Positions 6,761 to 16,145 of a stretch of DNA of 64,000 bases are shown here, one piece after another. The DNA is from a virus, in the IMG/VR virus record IMGVR_UViG_3300042905_003268, positions 1 to 64,000 of that record; one strand, 5' to 3'. How positions within the stretch are numbered: position 1 is the first letter of the stretch; each line of letters opens with the position of its first letter. Under the pieces are notes generated by a model that saw only the letters and a list, made by a program, of their open reading frames with translations, had not been told where the DNA came from and did no database searches. The position numbers and the translations under genes are program-made.

Positions 6761-6790
6761 AACTTTCTTTTAAGTGTCGATGGAACAGAC

Positions 6791-7198
6791 CTAGATGGGC
6801 CGTCTTTCATCTTCTGGATGGAATAGAGGTTCCAGTAATGATCTGTAGTCCTTTATTAGTGATTCTAAAGTTGTGCAATCAGAGTGTTCCAGATTATCGC
6901 ACTTAAAGTTATTAACTTTTGCTTGTTGACACATCATGTCTTCCATCTTACGAATTATATTTCGATAGATGTATTTTTCTGATGAACTAGGATCTACTTC
7001 TTCTCCACATTTCCAACAGTTAACTCTAGCCCAGCAAGGCATACCCTCCTGAATTGCTTGAATTGCTATAATAGCCTCTTCATTAGCAGTATTTACAAAC
7101 TTAGTACCATCATCGGTAGCGAGCCATGATTCATCGTTGTGAGTTTCGGGAAATCGTAATTTAAGTAGTTCTAGCGCTACATGATTATGTAATGTCAT
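6791..7198 (-). CDS. Two-domain hypothetical protein, fused paralogue of 8438-8623 and 7674-7871
   Basis: Visible alignment of the N-half to 8438-8623 and the C-half (CWKC...C...HSDC) to 7674-7871. Confidence 0.75.
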   Translation of the reverse strand: MTLHNHVALELLKLRFPETHNDESWLATDDGTKFVNTANEEAIIAIQAIQEGMPCWARVNCWKCGEEVDPSSSEKYIYRNIIRKMEDMMCQQAKVNNFKCDNLEHSDCTTLESLIKDYRSLLEPLFHPEDERRPI

Positions 7199-7322
7199 AA
7201 TTATTTTACCCTTCTGATCTAATGCCCTGGTATAAGTTTTTATGGGCAATGGTCACTATTCTAGTATACCAAGGAAGCGATGTATCACTTGTAAAAAATT
7301 TTTATGACTTTATTTTCATCGG

Positions 7323-7496
7323 CTAGCGGTACTTACGCTTGAGTGCTGGCTTAATACCCGCCTTAACACAGGCTGCGTAAGCCTGACCATACTTCTTTTC
7401 CGCTCCCTCGCCAGACTTTCCTGCGATATTCTTCTTAACATCCTGACTTGCAATATTAAGATCTCTGAGCAGGGCATCCTTCTCATCGTTAGTCAT
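7323..7496 (-). CDS. Small basic hypothetical protein
   Basis: MTNDEK...EKKYGQAYAACVKAGIKPALKRKYR; RBS GAGGAG. Confidence 0.7.
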   Translation of the reverse strand: MTNDEKDALLRDLNIASQDVKKNIAGKSGEGAEKKYGQAYAACVKAGIKPALKRKYR

Positions 7497-7677
7497 CTGA
7501 TTGCTCCTCTGCCAACTCGTTGAAATATTTAATAAATCTATTAATAATAAATGCTGTATCATCAATGCAAGTGTGTACGGTATTAGGGTTCTCTGCAGCA
7601 GAGAATCCTGGATTCTTATACTGGAAATACTCTAAAGATACTCTACTTACAATATCTTCTAGGTCATTTACGCTCAT
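7489..7677 (-). CDS. Hypothetical protein
   Basis: ORF track, coupled. Confidence 0.65.
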   Translation of the reverse strand: MSVNDLEDIVSRVSLEYFQYKNPGFSAAENPNTVHTCIDDTAFIINRFIKYFNELAEEQSDD

Positions 7678-7871
7678 AATTTTTCCTTATAGTGTTTTAT
7701 TAACTCTGATATAACTCTACAATCTTCATGCCGCCAATCAAGGAAGCATGAGTCGTCTTTTGCCTGACTGCATAGCATTCCGCGTAACTCGCTGATAACA
7801 TTCTTGTAGATTTGATTCTCTACTGAAAGTGTATCAATTTGCTCTGAGCATTGCCAGCATTTAACGTACAT
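7674..7871 (-). CDS. Small Cys-rich protein
   Basis: CWQC...C...HEDC. Confidence 0.7.
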   Translation of the reverse strand: MYVKCWQCSEQIDTLSVENQIYKNVISELRGMLCSQAKDDSCFLDWRHEDCRVISELIKHYKEKL

Positions 7872-7872
7872 C

Positions 7873-8457
7873 TTAATTCTTTTCTAAATTCAATATAGCA
7901 GGATTTTTTTCATCACCTTCAATAAATGAAGTTATCATGTATCTTGTGCCACTTGTTACTTCTTTTATTCCATGTCTTAGTCCACCTAGATGTATTACTA
8001 ATGAACCTGGGCGTGGAGCATAAGAAATTCCAAGACCCCAATAGTCTAACTCACCACCAGAAAAATCATTATTTAAATATAAAACTATTCCATAAACTAT
8101 ATTTTCTGTTCTTTCATTAGATGAACCATTGTCACTATGATACGGAAGATCCTGTCCTTCACGAACACGATGTATGCTGTGAAGAGGGTGGATCTTTGAA
8201 TAAGAACAAAATAGTCCCGAAACTCTTTCATCTACTTCTTTAAAGATATCCATTATTGGCGTTGGCATAAGAATATTTCCATACCAAGTGCTTCCCTCGC
8301 CCCAAACAGACCAATCTTCTTCATTACTAGTCTTACATATAGAAATAAATTCATTTACCTCATCCTGAGAGATAAAATTCTTTATTTCAAATATTCCTGG
8401 ACTAAGTACTCTTGTTTCCATATTATTTATTTTCATGTTATTTAAGATCATCTCCAT
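7873..8457 (-). CDS. 2OG-Fe(II) oxygenase (prolyl-4-hydroxylase-like)
   Basis: HSD, LYLNNDFSGGEL, RHGIKEVTSGTRY (HxD...H...R). Confidence 0.88.
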   Translation of the reverse strand: MEMILNNMKINNMETRVLSPGIFEIKNFISQDEVNEFISICKTSNEEDWSVWGEGSTWYGNILMPTPIMDIFKEVDERVSGLFCSYSKIHPLHSIHRVREGQDLPYHSDNGSSNERTENIVYGIVLYLNNDFSGGELDYWGLGISYAPRPGSLVIHLGGLRHGIKEVTSGTRYMITSFIEGDEKNPAILNLEKN

Positions 8458-8623
8458 TCATTTCCTGCCATTTTAAATGGGCTTCTATGGCTATTGTAGC
8501 ATCTAGGATGGCTATCTCCTGCCAGTTTTGACCATCATCACTATTAAGCCATTCTTTATCTGAGTGACGCTTGGGGAACCATGACTCTAAAAGAGCATTT
8601 GCTACATACTGCACTTCTGTCAT
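8438..8623 (-). CDS. Hypothetical protein
   Basis: Paralogous to N-half of 6791-7198. Confidence 0.7.
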   Translation of the reverse strand: MTEVQYVANALLESWFPKRHSDKEWLNSDDGQNWQEIAILDATIAIEAHLKWQEMNGDDLK

Positions 8624-8880
8624 GACTCTTTAATTCCCCTCAACGGCTTTCCGCTGCGAATTCGCGACATGTTAGACAGGGTATTTGTTAATGTCTCAAG
8701 AACTGTTGAAACATTGACGTACATATCCTCTGGATGCCATACACCAGTATCTTTGCCATAAGAATCTTCATACGCCACTCGCAAAATTTCAAAGAACTCA
8801 TCTGATGTGACGTAAAAAGGTAGCCATGGTTTATCTACTGGCTCTGTAAACTTTGTGAAATTAAGATTATTGGTGTTCAC
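8620..8880 (-). CDS. Hypothetical protein
   Basis: GTGA overlap with upstream stop suggests start 8880. Confidence 0.6.
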   Translation of the reverse strand: MNTNNLNFTKFTEPVDKPWLPFYVTSDEFFEILRVAYEDSYGKDTGVWHPEDMYVNVSTVLETLTNTLSNMSRIRSGKPLRGIKES

Positions 8881-9410
8881 GCGCTCTGAGCCTTCAACGA
8901 CTCTGACGTTATTAAACAATTCCGATCCTCCTTGGGGTGGGTAGGCCAGTAGTAATTGCACCTATCACAGCAAACATACTGGCGGTAAATAGTAGACTCA
9001 TATTGATACTGTGGATACAGTTCTGGCGCTTTCTCATATAGTCTACCACGATGTGTAATAATAAGTCTAAGGTTATCTGGATGCCCTGGCTTCAAATAGT
9101 CCGGCAGTTCGATGGCTGCCCCATGCTTGGGCTTAAAGTATTTGGTCCATGTATCAGTAATGGTGTCCCAGTTATTTTCCCACTTATACCCACGCTGCTC
9201 CATTTCGATCTTGATTTGCAATAGGTAGGATACAAGTTCCCCCTCGTATCCATTAAACATACGAGTGGCGGGGTGGTTTACCCAACCCCTAGTTTGACCA
9301 GCAAGGGCTGCAAGAATCTGCCTGCCCTCAAGCAATTGCTTGACCAGACGCTTTTGGTCTAATGCCTGGGCACAATCTCGATAGGTATGTTCTGGTAGAA
9401 AAACTTGCAT
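8877..9410 (-). CDS. Pyrimidine-dimer DNA glycosylase / endonuclease V family (MSMEG_6728-like)
   Basis: MQVFLP...ALDQKRLVKQLLE..QIL, GWVNHPATRM, YYWP. Confidence 0.82.
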   Translation of the reverse strand: MQVFLPEHTYRDCAQALDQKRLVKQLLEGRQILAALAGQTRGWVNHPATRMFNGYEGELVSYLLQIKIEMEQRGYKWENNWDTITDTWTKYFKPKHGAAIELPDYLKPGHPDNLRLIITHRGRLYEKAPELYPQYQYESTIYRQYVCCDRCNYYWPTHPKEDRNCLITSESLKAQSA

Positions 9411-9411
9411 G

Positions 9412-9543
9412 TTATGAATTACTTTCTCTAGTTGCGGCTGCGAGGGCTAGTGTAGCAAACACCTGGGCGGCTGTATACATGCCAATGTCGGCAAAATGCA
9501 GAGCCTTTCTTTCATATTCAGTACTGAGAATCATTACACTCAT
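9412..9543 (-). CDS. 43 aa microprotein
   Basis: MSVMILSTEYERK...AQVFATLALAAATRESNS; fills intergenic gap. Confidence 0.5.
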   Translation of the reverse strand: MSVMILSTEYERKALHFADIGMYTAAQVFATLALAAATRESNS

Positions 9544-9545
9544 CC

Positions 9546-10139
9546 TTACTTATAAGATATGTTTATTACTATTCTATCGTCACTTTGTTTAGGAACTCCA
9601 GCAGAATGATAAGTATCTCCATTAAAAGATATTGCTCTTCCCATTTTAGGAGATACTCTTTTAGAAATTTTAAGTTCTAAGTTTGTAGCCGTACCTTGAT
9701 TATCAAACAACAGGGTGTCTCCATCTGAATCATTTATATAATATAAAAATATTTTATGATCAGATCCGTAAAAGTCTTTGTGAGGCGGGGAGATAGTTTG
9801 ATTTACATTTTGAAAAAATATATTAGATCTTACTATCAGAGTGTCTTCATAATCTAAGTTATTTGTATGCAAAAATTTTTCTAATAGATTTTTACAAACT
9901 TCGTAGTACTCTTCATGATCAACCTCATGAAACCTTTTGATGAAAGTTGTCATGTAGGGCGCAGTCTGCACCTTTTCTAAATCAGGTACATTATCAATGT
10001 AGTTAAATTTCAAATATTTAATTTCATCTATCTGGGATCTACTATATGTCCACGGAAAGTCTGAAGAAGTGAAAGTATCTTTTATCTTCTTCATTTCGCT
10101 TTCTGATATAAAATCATCAGAGATATAAAAATCTTTCAT
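9546..10139 (-). CDS. 2OG-Fe(II) oxygenase
   Basis: PHKD, LYYINDSDGDT, YHSA..P...RIVIN. Confidence 0.85.
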   Translation of the reverse strand: MKDFYISDDFISESEMKKIKDTFTSSDFPWTYSRSQIDEIKYLKFNYIDNVPDLEKVQTAPYMTTFIKRFHEVDHEEYYEVCKNLLEKFLHTNNLDYEDTLIVRSNIFFQNVNQTISPPHKDFYGSDHKIFLYYINDSDGDTLLFDNQGTATNLELKISKRVSPKMGRAISFNGDTYHSAGVPKQSDDRIVINISYK

Positions 10140-10188
10140 CAGATATCTTTAAATCTCATCTCAAAGTAGTCATCAATACCGTCCATAA

Positions 10189-10644
10189 TCACTCCCATCC
10201 TGGAACTTCTGTAGTTGGTATATTATTTTCTTTCCATAGTTTGATAATACTTGGATTATCGTCCCATGCATGAATTATATCGTATGCCTTACGGAGCGTG
10301 TCAAGCATATCTTTCTTGACTTCATAGTCTTTACGATTGTCTTCATCCCCGCGCATCATTAGCATATCGCTAGGAACATCATGCATGGCTAGCCACCATG
10401 CCGTATGGTTTCTCCACATATGCTTTCTTGCAGTAACAACTAGCACCGCATGTCCTAGCATGTGTCCAATCTGAGCAGCATTTACTACATGACTATGCGG
10501 AGGAACATTAACTGATTCAGCATGGAAATTATCAAAATGTTTTATGACTCTACGTTTACCCTCATCATATTTAGTCAGATGATGACGAATAGACGACACA
10601 TCTGCAAGTGTGCCGTCCATGTCGAATATGACTGCTGTTTTCAC
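10189..10644 (-). CDS. HAD-family phosphatase (polynucleotide kinase 3'-phosphatase-like)
   Basis: IFDMDGTL, VTAR, LMMR..D.RKD..VK, DDNP. Confidence 0.85.
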   Translation of the reverse strand: MKTAVIFDMDGTLADVSSIRHHLTKYDEGKRRVIKHFDNFHAESVNVPPHSHVVNAAQIGHMLGHAVLVVTARKHMWRNHTAWWLAMHDVPSDMLMMRGDEDNRKDYEVKKDMLDTLRKAYDIIHAWDDNPSIIKLWKENNIPTTEVPGWE

Positions 10645-10832
10645 AACATCTCCTCATAGTCTGGATGATCTAGTGGGGTGGGTACAGTAAGAAGTGTACC
10701 ACACATGGCACACTCTCCTTCAAGCAAATACGAGCATATGTTATATTCTTCATCAAAATTAAGGGTTACTTTAAGCAACCAACTACCACAACTAGGACAC
10801 TCTGGGGTCGGAAGACCTCTGGCATCTAGCAT
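10641..10832 (-). CDS. Zn-ribbon protein
   Basis: CPSCG...CAMCG..LTVPTPLD. Confidence 0.75.
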   Translation of the reverse strand: MLDARGLPTPECPSCGSWLLKVTLNFDEEYNICSYLLEGECAMCGTLLTVPTPLDHPDYEEML

Positions 10833-11365
10833 TACAACTCCAATATAGTGAATGGACCTCTTACAGATGGAGAAAATCTCTCCGCAGATTCAAGCGCCAT
10901 TTGTATTCTAGCAGTCGGAGACTTGATTCGTCTAGTAGAATATAAAGATCCTAATGCAAACTTTGTTCCTGATCCAATAGCATTAAAATTATTAGTATCC
11001 TCGCCAAAGTGCCAGTCATTGCAAAATTCAAACACCCTGCCTGCCACTCCTACAAGCATTTCTGATGAGTCTTCTTCTGATCCAGGGTCTACTTTATTTA
11101 ACTCACAGCACTCTCTTAGAGCGTTTACAAATGTAGTATTTAAGAACTTATCTATATCATCATCAGAAAGTTTTGGAGGACTAAATATGTGCTGAAGAAC
11201 TTTTCCAAATCTGAAACTTCCAGCGTATCCTAGCAAATATCCATTCTTTATGAATACTTTTGGTTCTTTTCTAGAAGATACTAAAGAAGAATCTTCATCT
11301 ACTGAAGCAGAATCTCCACCCATACAAACTTTACCGTTGTATGATAGTGCAGAAATACATGTCAT
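10832..11365 (-). CDS. HslV/proteasome-like Ntn peptidase
   Basis: N-terminal M-T-C-I, GGDS, KVF, AIGSG..ALG. Confidence 0.8.
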   Translation of the reverse strand: MTCISALSYNGKVCMGGDSASVDEDSSLVSSRKEPKVFIKNGYLLGYAGSFRFGKVLQHIFSPPKLSDDDIDKFLNTTFVNALRECCELNKVDPGSEEDSSEMLVGVAGRVFEFCNDWHFGEDTNNFNAIGSGTKFALGSLYSTRRIKSPTARIQMALESAERFSPSVRGPFTILEL

Positions 11366-11366
11366 A

Positions 11367-11600
11367 TTAGTTCCAGGTATGTAGATTAGTCGTTGTTGTT
11401 TTTGTGCTATTACTAGTATATCTTATCAAAATGTCCTTGGCAAACATTTGTACTAGTTGTACTAGGTATCCTAAAATAACTAATTGGCTAAGGAGTAGTA
11501 ATGGAATAATAAAATCCCCCTCCATCACACCTAGACCTCTTAACAAAGAAACTGTTAGACATGCTAGTAATACTAATAAACCAACAATTCTAGTTACCAT
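11367..11600 (-). CDS. Two-TM membrane protein
   Basis: Two hydrophobic segments. Confidence 0.65.
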   Translation of the reverse strand: MVTRIVGLLVLLACLTVSLLRGLGVMEGDFIIPLLLLSQLVILGYLVQLVQMFAKDILIRYTSNSTKTTTTNLHTWN

Positions 11601-11895
11601 TTAATTTTCCCCTAAGTTCAATAAGGTGTTCAAGTATCTCATAATATCTACCCTTCCACTCATCTAATTCATTCTCAAGTATTCTAATTTCTTCTTTTCT
11701 TTTCTCTAACTCATGTTTTAGAATATTTAAATCTTCTACATTCTCAGACCGTATTTGGACACGTTCATCAAAATCGTGTCTTATTCTATTTAATCTGTAG
11801 TCAAAGTATTTTACTATAGCCCCAGTAAATATAGTTCCTACAAGACCTATGACGGCTATTATCACAGCATCAGATAAAATGAGTACCCACCCCAA
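11590..11895 (-). CDS. N-terminal TM plus coiled-coil protein
   Basis: Hydrophobic N-terminus, heptad-like C-terminus. Confidence 0.7.
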   Translation of the reverse strand: MGWVLILSDAVIIAVIGLVGTIFTGAIVKYFDYRLNRIRHDFDERVQIRSENVEDLNILKHELEKRKEEIRILENELDEWKGRYYEILEHLIELRGKLNGN

Positions 11896-11907
11896 TAAAT
11901 GTTATAT

Positions 11908-12186
11908 CTATATTTTATCATTCATAGAGAGATGGCCATATTTTTTACATGTATAACGAGACATTTCTATTGTTTCTTTAGCAACCCATGCATCAAAGGA
12001 GTCTATGTCTGTAAAAGTTTTTAGTACATTCTGCAATACATCTGTAAGTTTTTCACAAATTTGTAAATCTTTTACACTAGCAGTACCGGATTTTATTTTT
12101 TTTACTAAATTATTTATCTCAGATACTATATCTTCGCATTTTATGCTAGGAGATGAGTTCACTCGCTGATATTTCTTTTCCGACAT
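11908..12186 (-). CDS. Hypothetical protein (start uncertain)
   Basis: ORF fills gap; 5' end overlaps neighbour. Confidence 0.4.
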   Translation of the reverse strand: MSEKKYQRVNSSPSIKCEDIVSEINNLVKKIKSGTASVKDLQICEKLTDVLQNVLKTFTDIDSFDAWVAKETIEMSRYTCKKYGHLSMNDKI

Positions 12187-12373
12187 ATCTATGTTTAACT
12201 ACATAATCCCTTACTGAATCTGAACCAAACTTTCTGCCAGCCAAAATTATGATCCAGCGAGGCTCGTATTTCAATTCTATACATTTTTTACAAAGAAGCA
12301 AATTAAGTCCAAGTAGCGCTGACTTCTTAGGATTTAATTCATTTTTCGGCTGATCGCACGAATAACATCTCAT
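12146..12373 (-). CDS. Zn-finger hypothetical protein
   Basis: CYSC...CKKC..KYEPRW. Confidence 0.75.
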   Translation of the reverse strand: MRCYSCDQPKNELNPKKSALLGLNLLLCKKCIELKYEPRWIIILAGRKFGSDSVRDYVVKHRYVGKEISASELIS

Positions 12374-12570
12374 TAAATATCTTCTTCCTCTATACCAATA
12401 GAAAATTCATCTACAAATAACAGGTCTTCATTTAACATTAAAACGTCATAATGTATTCCATCTTTTTCATATTTTACACGGCTAGCATGTGCCCCAAGGC
12501 TGGACACAGTACCGTGGACCCGCTCATCTATAACATAAACATAAAAATGTTTTATAGATTTATTTGTCAT
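12373..12570 (-). CDS. Hypothetical protein
   Basis: ORF track, coupled. Confidence 0.7.
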   Translation of the reverse strand: MTNKSIKHFYVYVIDERVHGTVSSLGAHASRVKYEKDGIHYDVLMLNEDLLFVDEFSIGIEEEDI

Positions 12571-12808
12571 ACTTTATGCCTTCTATTTCACATCTGACCC
12601 CGAATGATTGAATCATGGATCTTACTTTCAATAAATATTCCATGATATTCATCCTTTGCTCCTGACCAAACTCCATGATGTTGTTCTCATGAATGACAAG
12701 CGCTATATAGTTGGGCCTTTTCATAATGTCTAGCCTAACATTTTTATAGGGAGCCTTGATTTCTCTGACAGCCTTAGCCATCTCTTTTGTGTAGAATACC
12801 TGACCCAT
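12560..12808 (-). CDS. Hypothetical protein
   Basis: ORF track. Confidence 0.7.
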   Translation of the reverse strand: MGQVFYTKEMAKAVREIKAPYKNVRLDIMKRPNYIALVIHENNIMEFGQEQRMNIMEYLLKVRSMIQSFGVRCEIEGIKYDK

Positions 12809-13109
12809 GATTATTCTTTAACCTGTCCCAAACTTCTTTAGTTTTATGTAAGTTATTTTCTCTGTCTACTCTTCCAAGGTCCAGGTAGATACCTCCCCAG
12901 ACTCCCTTTTCTTTATTACTTATACCTTCATTATAGCATTGTGATATAACTGGACAATGTAGACACATCTCATCTACCTGTGTTGCTAAGAATTTATCTG
13001 TCTCATAGTCATCATAAAACATATTAATATCAGCACCAGAACAGGCTGCTAATTGATACCACTTTACATTATCTGGATCTAGTCCTAGTTTTTTAATTAT
13101 ATTTGACAT
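12774..13109 (-). CDS. whiB: WhiB-family transcription factor
   Basis: W...AAC, CxxCPV...C, GVWGG. Confidence 0.9.
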   Translation of the reverse strand: MSNIIKKLGLDPDNVKWYQLAACSGADINMFYDDYETDKFLATQVDEMCLHCPVISQCYNEGISNKEKGVWGGIYLDLGRVDRENNLHKTKEVWDRLKNNHGSGILHKRDG

Positions 13110-13326
13110 TTGCTGGGACCTTTACCTTCCATGTCCCATCACTTGATACTGGGTATCTATAAGACATTCCCCATCTTCCATTTTTAAATTGGCCCTCCCT
13201 TGAGGAGTACCCTAGTGGATTTGGAACCCATCTCACAATATCCCAGCCCTCCCAGAAATATCCACGGTGAGAACTTGATGAAACAAAATCGTGTGCGCTG
13301 TTATAATCTAAAACAAGTGTGTTCAT
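13093..13326 (-). CDS. Hypothetical protein (Trp/Gly-rich)
   Basis: FWEGWDIV...GRWG. Confidence 0.7.
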   Translation of the reverse strand: MNTLVLDYNSAHDFVSSSSHRGYFWEGWDIVRWVPNPLGYSSREGQFKNGRWGMSYRYPVSSDGTWKVKVPANVKYN

Positions 13327-13499
13327 CGGAGTCCCATCCTCTGAGGCTTATTAGAATTCATTTGATTCTCCCACTTTTGCATAACCAGATCTTGTTTAGC
13401 AGCCATAGCCTCTTCATGATCCTGGCGTTTTTGCATTATAATTCTAATCTGACTTAATTCATCTTTAATTCCATCTAGAATTGCTTGTAGATCATTCAT
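13323..13499 (-). CDS. 58 aa helical microprotein
   Basis: MNDLQAILDGIKDEL...PQRMGLR; ATGA overlaps at both ends; not in track. Confidence 0.55.
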   Translation of the reverse strand: MNDLQAILDGIKDELSQIRIIMQKRQDHEEAMAAKQDLVMQKWENQMNSNKPQRMGLR

Positions 13500-13804
13500 G
13501 TATAAACAACCTTTCTGATTCCTGCACTTTTAATTGCCTGGTGGCATCTATCGCATGGCCTGGACAATCTATCCTGACCTTTTCTATTAACTCTTGCCAC
13601 ATAAATTGTGGCACCCTTGGGATTTCTTACCTTACGCAATGCATCAATTTCTGCATGTATAGAACAATGCGTCTTAATATGTTCCGATGAAACCACGGTT
13701 GGGTGGTTGCGATTCTTATTAATACCAATACTAATAACTCTTCCACCTTTAACAATAACTGCACCGTGCTTCATTCTACAATCCGATGATTGCGCGGCAT
13801 TCAA
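13496..13804 (-). CDS. Cytidine/dCMP deaminase-family protein
   Basis: HGAVIV, HAEIDAL, PCDRC; true start probably slightly upstream. Confidence 0.85.
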   Translation of the reverse strand: MNAAQSSDCRMKHGAVIVKGGRVISIGINKNRNHPTVVSSEHIKTHCSIHAEIDALRKVRNPKGATIYVARVNRKGQDRLSRPCDRCHQAIKSAGIRKVVYT

Positions 13805-13870
13805 CGCTAGATCAAGGTAGTTCTGATCACGGCGCGACAGACGAGAAAAGATCTCCTTTTGGCATCATCA

Positions 13871-14263
13871 TCACCCTTTCACAATATCCGTAGGAATACC
13901 CATTGCAATACTAATATTAGCAATATTCTCTGTTTTTTTGCAAGAGTCTCTGATGAACATTATTGATTTATCAACATTAAGTTTAGATATCTCATCTACT
14001 GATATCCTTCCTTGCCATTGCTCCCCGCGCTTTGGCCTAACCAGATGCTCATCGATATCGTAACCCTTTTGTCTAACTAATTTTTCTACTTTACCGATAT
14101 ATTCGGTAATCATATTTTCGGCAGGAGATGATGCGGTATGGACAAAGGTTATCCTCCTGTTTTCTGGACCAGAGGCAACCCACTCATCCAGAGTTACAGT
14201 CATTTTACGCATTATCTCGTTGTAATCAACCCAATTACGGCTGCCAGCAATAAGAACTCTCAT
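13871..14263 (-). CDS. SLOG/DUF2493-like protein
   Basis: MRVLIAGSRNW.DY. Confidence 0.6.
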   Translation of the reverse strand: MRVLIAGSRNWVDYNEIMRKMTVTLDEWVASGPENRRITFVHTASSPAENMITEYIGKVEKLVRQKGYDIDEHLVRPKRGEQWQGRISVDEISKLNVDKSIMFIRDSCKKTENIANISIAMGIPTDIVKG

Positions 14264-14280
14264 TGTGGCTCCTTAATTGT

Positions 14281-14919
14281 CTATTGTTCGTTTACTTCAG
14301 GTTGCTCAATTACTGGATCTGAATCAATTGCATCATCAGACAACTCAAGCGTATCTGATGTTCCAGTATCCACATTTTGAATCTGTGTGTTAGATTCATC
14401 ATTAATGTTAGGTGTTTCTGTTACCTCGTTTGTAATAGAATCATTCTCTGTAATAGATTCGCGCTCTACCTGAAAATTAGTATCTACTACTTCTACATCT
14501 AATGGTGCGTCCTCTGGGTCCTCTGCAATTAAAGCCATCTCTTGTGGCTCATTTGTTGGAAAGAAAACACCAGACCAGATTGACTTATTCATTCTATCGT
14601 TCATTATTTGATCTCTTTTCTGTTTAGACCAGGATGCTCCTGAGTCACCGCCCCATAAATCCCAGGCAACTCTACCAGGGCTGGGAAAACCTTCTTCTCC
14701 TGAATTAAAGCCAGTAGCCTTCTTATCAACTTCATGTCTTGAAAAGAAACTATGCATTCTCAAAACGGTGCTTTGTGATAAGGACTCTTTCTTTACTAAT
14801 TGATTTGCTCTGGCAAGTCCTACGGTTGTTCCACCGCGCTTGCCCTCTTCTTTCCACTTTAAGGCTCTGCGTGCTGCAGAGGCCATACCATCTGTTGGTG
14901 TGTATGTTTTTTCAGCCAC
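14281..14919 (-). CDS. Head-associated-type domain protein with acidic tail
   Basis: RMHSFFSRHEVDKK, PSPGRVAWDLWGGD: domain recalled from phage head-maturation proteins; KSIWSGVF motif. Confidence 0.65.
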   Translation of the reverse strand: MAEKTYTPTDGMASAARRALKWKEEGKRGGTTVGLARANQLVKKESLSQSTVLRMHSFFSRHEVDKKATGFNSGEEGFPSPGRVAWDLWGGDSGASWSKQKRDQIMNDRMNKSIWSGVFFPTNEPQEMALIAEDPEDAPLDVEVVDTNFQVERESITENDSITNEVTETPNINDESNTQIQNVDTGTSDTLELSDDAIDSDPVIEQPEVNEQ

Positions 14920-14925
14920 AATTAA

Positions 14926-15450
14926 TTATACCATGCCCAATTTTGTCACATAGTCATACATGACAATGCCGCTTGCAGTCCCAACATTTAGACTGCGAAC
15001 ACTTCCAAGTTGGGGGATATAGACAATATCGTCAGCCATACCTAATGCCATCGGGCTTAGGCCACGCTGCTCTTCTCCAAAGATCATAAACGTGTCGGCC
15101 TTCCATTCATATGAAGTGATTGGAATAGCACCTGGAACATTATCAATAGCCACCCATCTGGCACCACGAACTTGTGGTTCATGAAGATAGATATTATCTA
15201 GACTTGGCGAATACTTTAAATGATTATAGTGTTGAGTTCCTACAGCGCCACGCTTATCCCATTTCTTGGCTCCAATAATCCAACATTCTTTAGACATAAA
15301 AGCATTGGCATTACGAATACCAGTAGCCTTGTTAAAATCTCCAGAAAGATTTTCAAAACCCACAACGAAAGGAAGGCGACGGGTATCTAAATCAGCCTTA
15401 ATCTGATCAGTTTCCCACTCTTTGTAGTAATCAATTACATTCTTATTCAT
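14926..15450 (-). CDS. SpoU/TrmH-family RNA 2'-O-methyltransferase
   Basis: N...IR.A.AF, FGEEQRGLS, IPQLGSVRSLNVGTASGI. Confidence 0.9.
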   Translation of the reverse strand: MNKNVIDYYKEWETDQIKADLDTRRLPFVVGFENLSGDFNKATGIRNANAFMSKECWIIGAKKWDKRGAVGTQHYNHLKYSPSLDNIYLHEPQVRGARWVAIDNVPGAIPITSYEWKADTFMIFGEEQRGLSPMALGMADDIVYIPQLGSVRSLNVGTASGIVMYDYVTKLGMV

Positions 15451-16144
15451 TATCTACCCTTTTTATTTTTTCTAGGTCGTATTTGTTTTCTTTATGGTCT
15501 TCCCAAAAGTTTTTAATTCCAGTAAAACATGGGACAACATATCTAGTTGGGCCATCTAAAACTTCTCTCACGCCATGTCTCCATCCAGAACTTGTTGGAA
15601 AAATTAACAAAGAGCCTGGGTCGGGAATCATTTCGATGTTCTGATTAACAAAATATATCTGACCACCATTATAGTCATTATTTAAATAAAAAACAAGGGC
15701 ATACTCTAATGAATTATCTGTATCATTATCTACATGATCAACCAATGGTGTTCCTGAGTACTGCCTTTGTATGGTAGAGAATCCTTTAAATTCTAAACTT
15801 TCATCGAATTCAAAAATTTTGCTAACTCTTTTTTCTATATTTGAATTAAATTCCCTGTTTTGTATTGGGAGTGATTTGTCTATCCAATTAGTGGTTATTT
15901 CAAATACCCCCTCTTTTACAAGGTTATCTATGTCTTCCCGTCCGAACTTTAACTTTGCTATTGCTTTAGCACCTTCTAAATAATAGCCTTCCCAATCAGA
16001 CTGTGATGCAGACCTAGCAACTTCAAGGATATAATTTACCTCATCCTTAGACAAGAAATTTTTTATAAGAAATATTCTATTAGATACTTCTTCTGATTCA
16101 TATCCTAGCCAGTCTAAGTATTCTTTGCTAAGATTTTTTTTCAT
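15443..16144 (-). CDS. 2OG-Fe(II) oxygenase (P4H-like)
   Basis: HVD, FYLNNDYNGG, RHGVREVLDGPTRY. Confidence 0.88.
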   Translation of the reverse strand: MKKNLSKEYLDWLGYESEEVSNRIFLIKNFLSKDEVNYILEVARSASQSDWEGYYLEGAKAIAKLKFGREDIDNLVKEGVFEITTNWIDKSLPIQNREFNSNIEKRVSKIFEFDESLEFKGFSTIQRQYSGTPLVDHVDNDTDNSLEYALVFYLNNDYNGGQIYFVNQNIEMIPDPGSLLIFPTSSGWRHGVREVLDGPTRYVVPCFTGIKNFWEDHKENKYDLEKIKRVDNE

Positions 16145-16145
16145 G

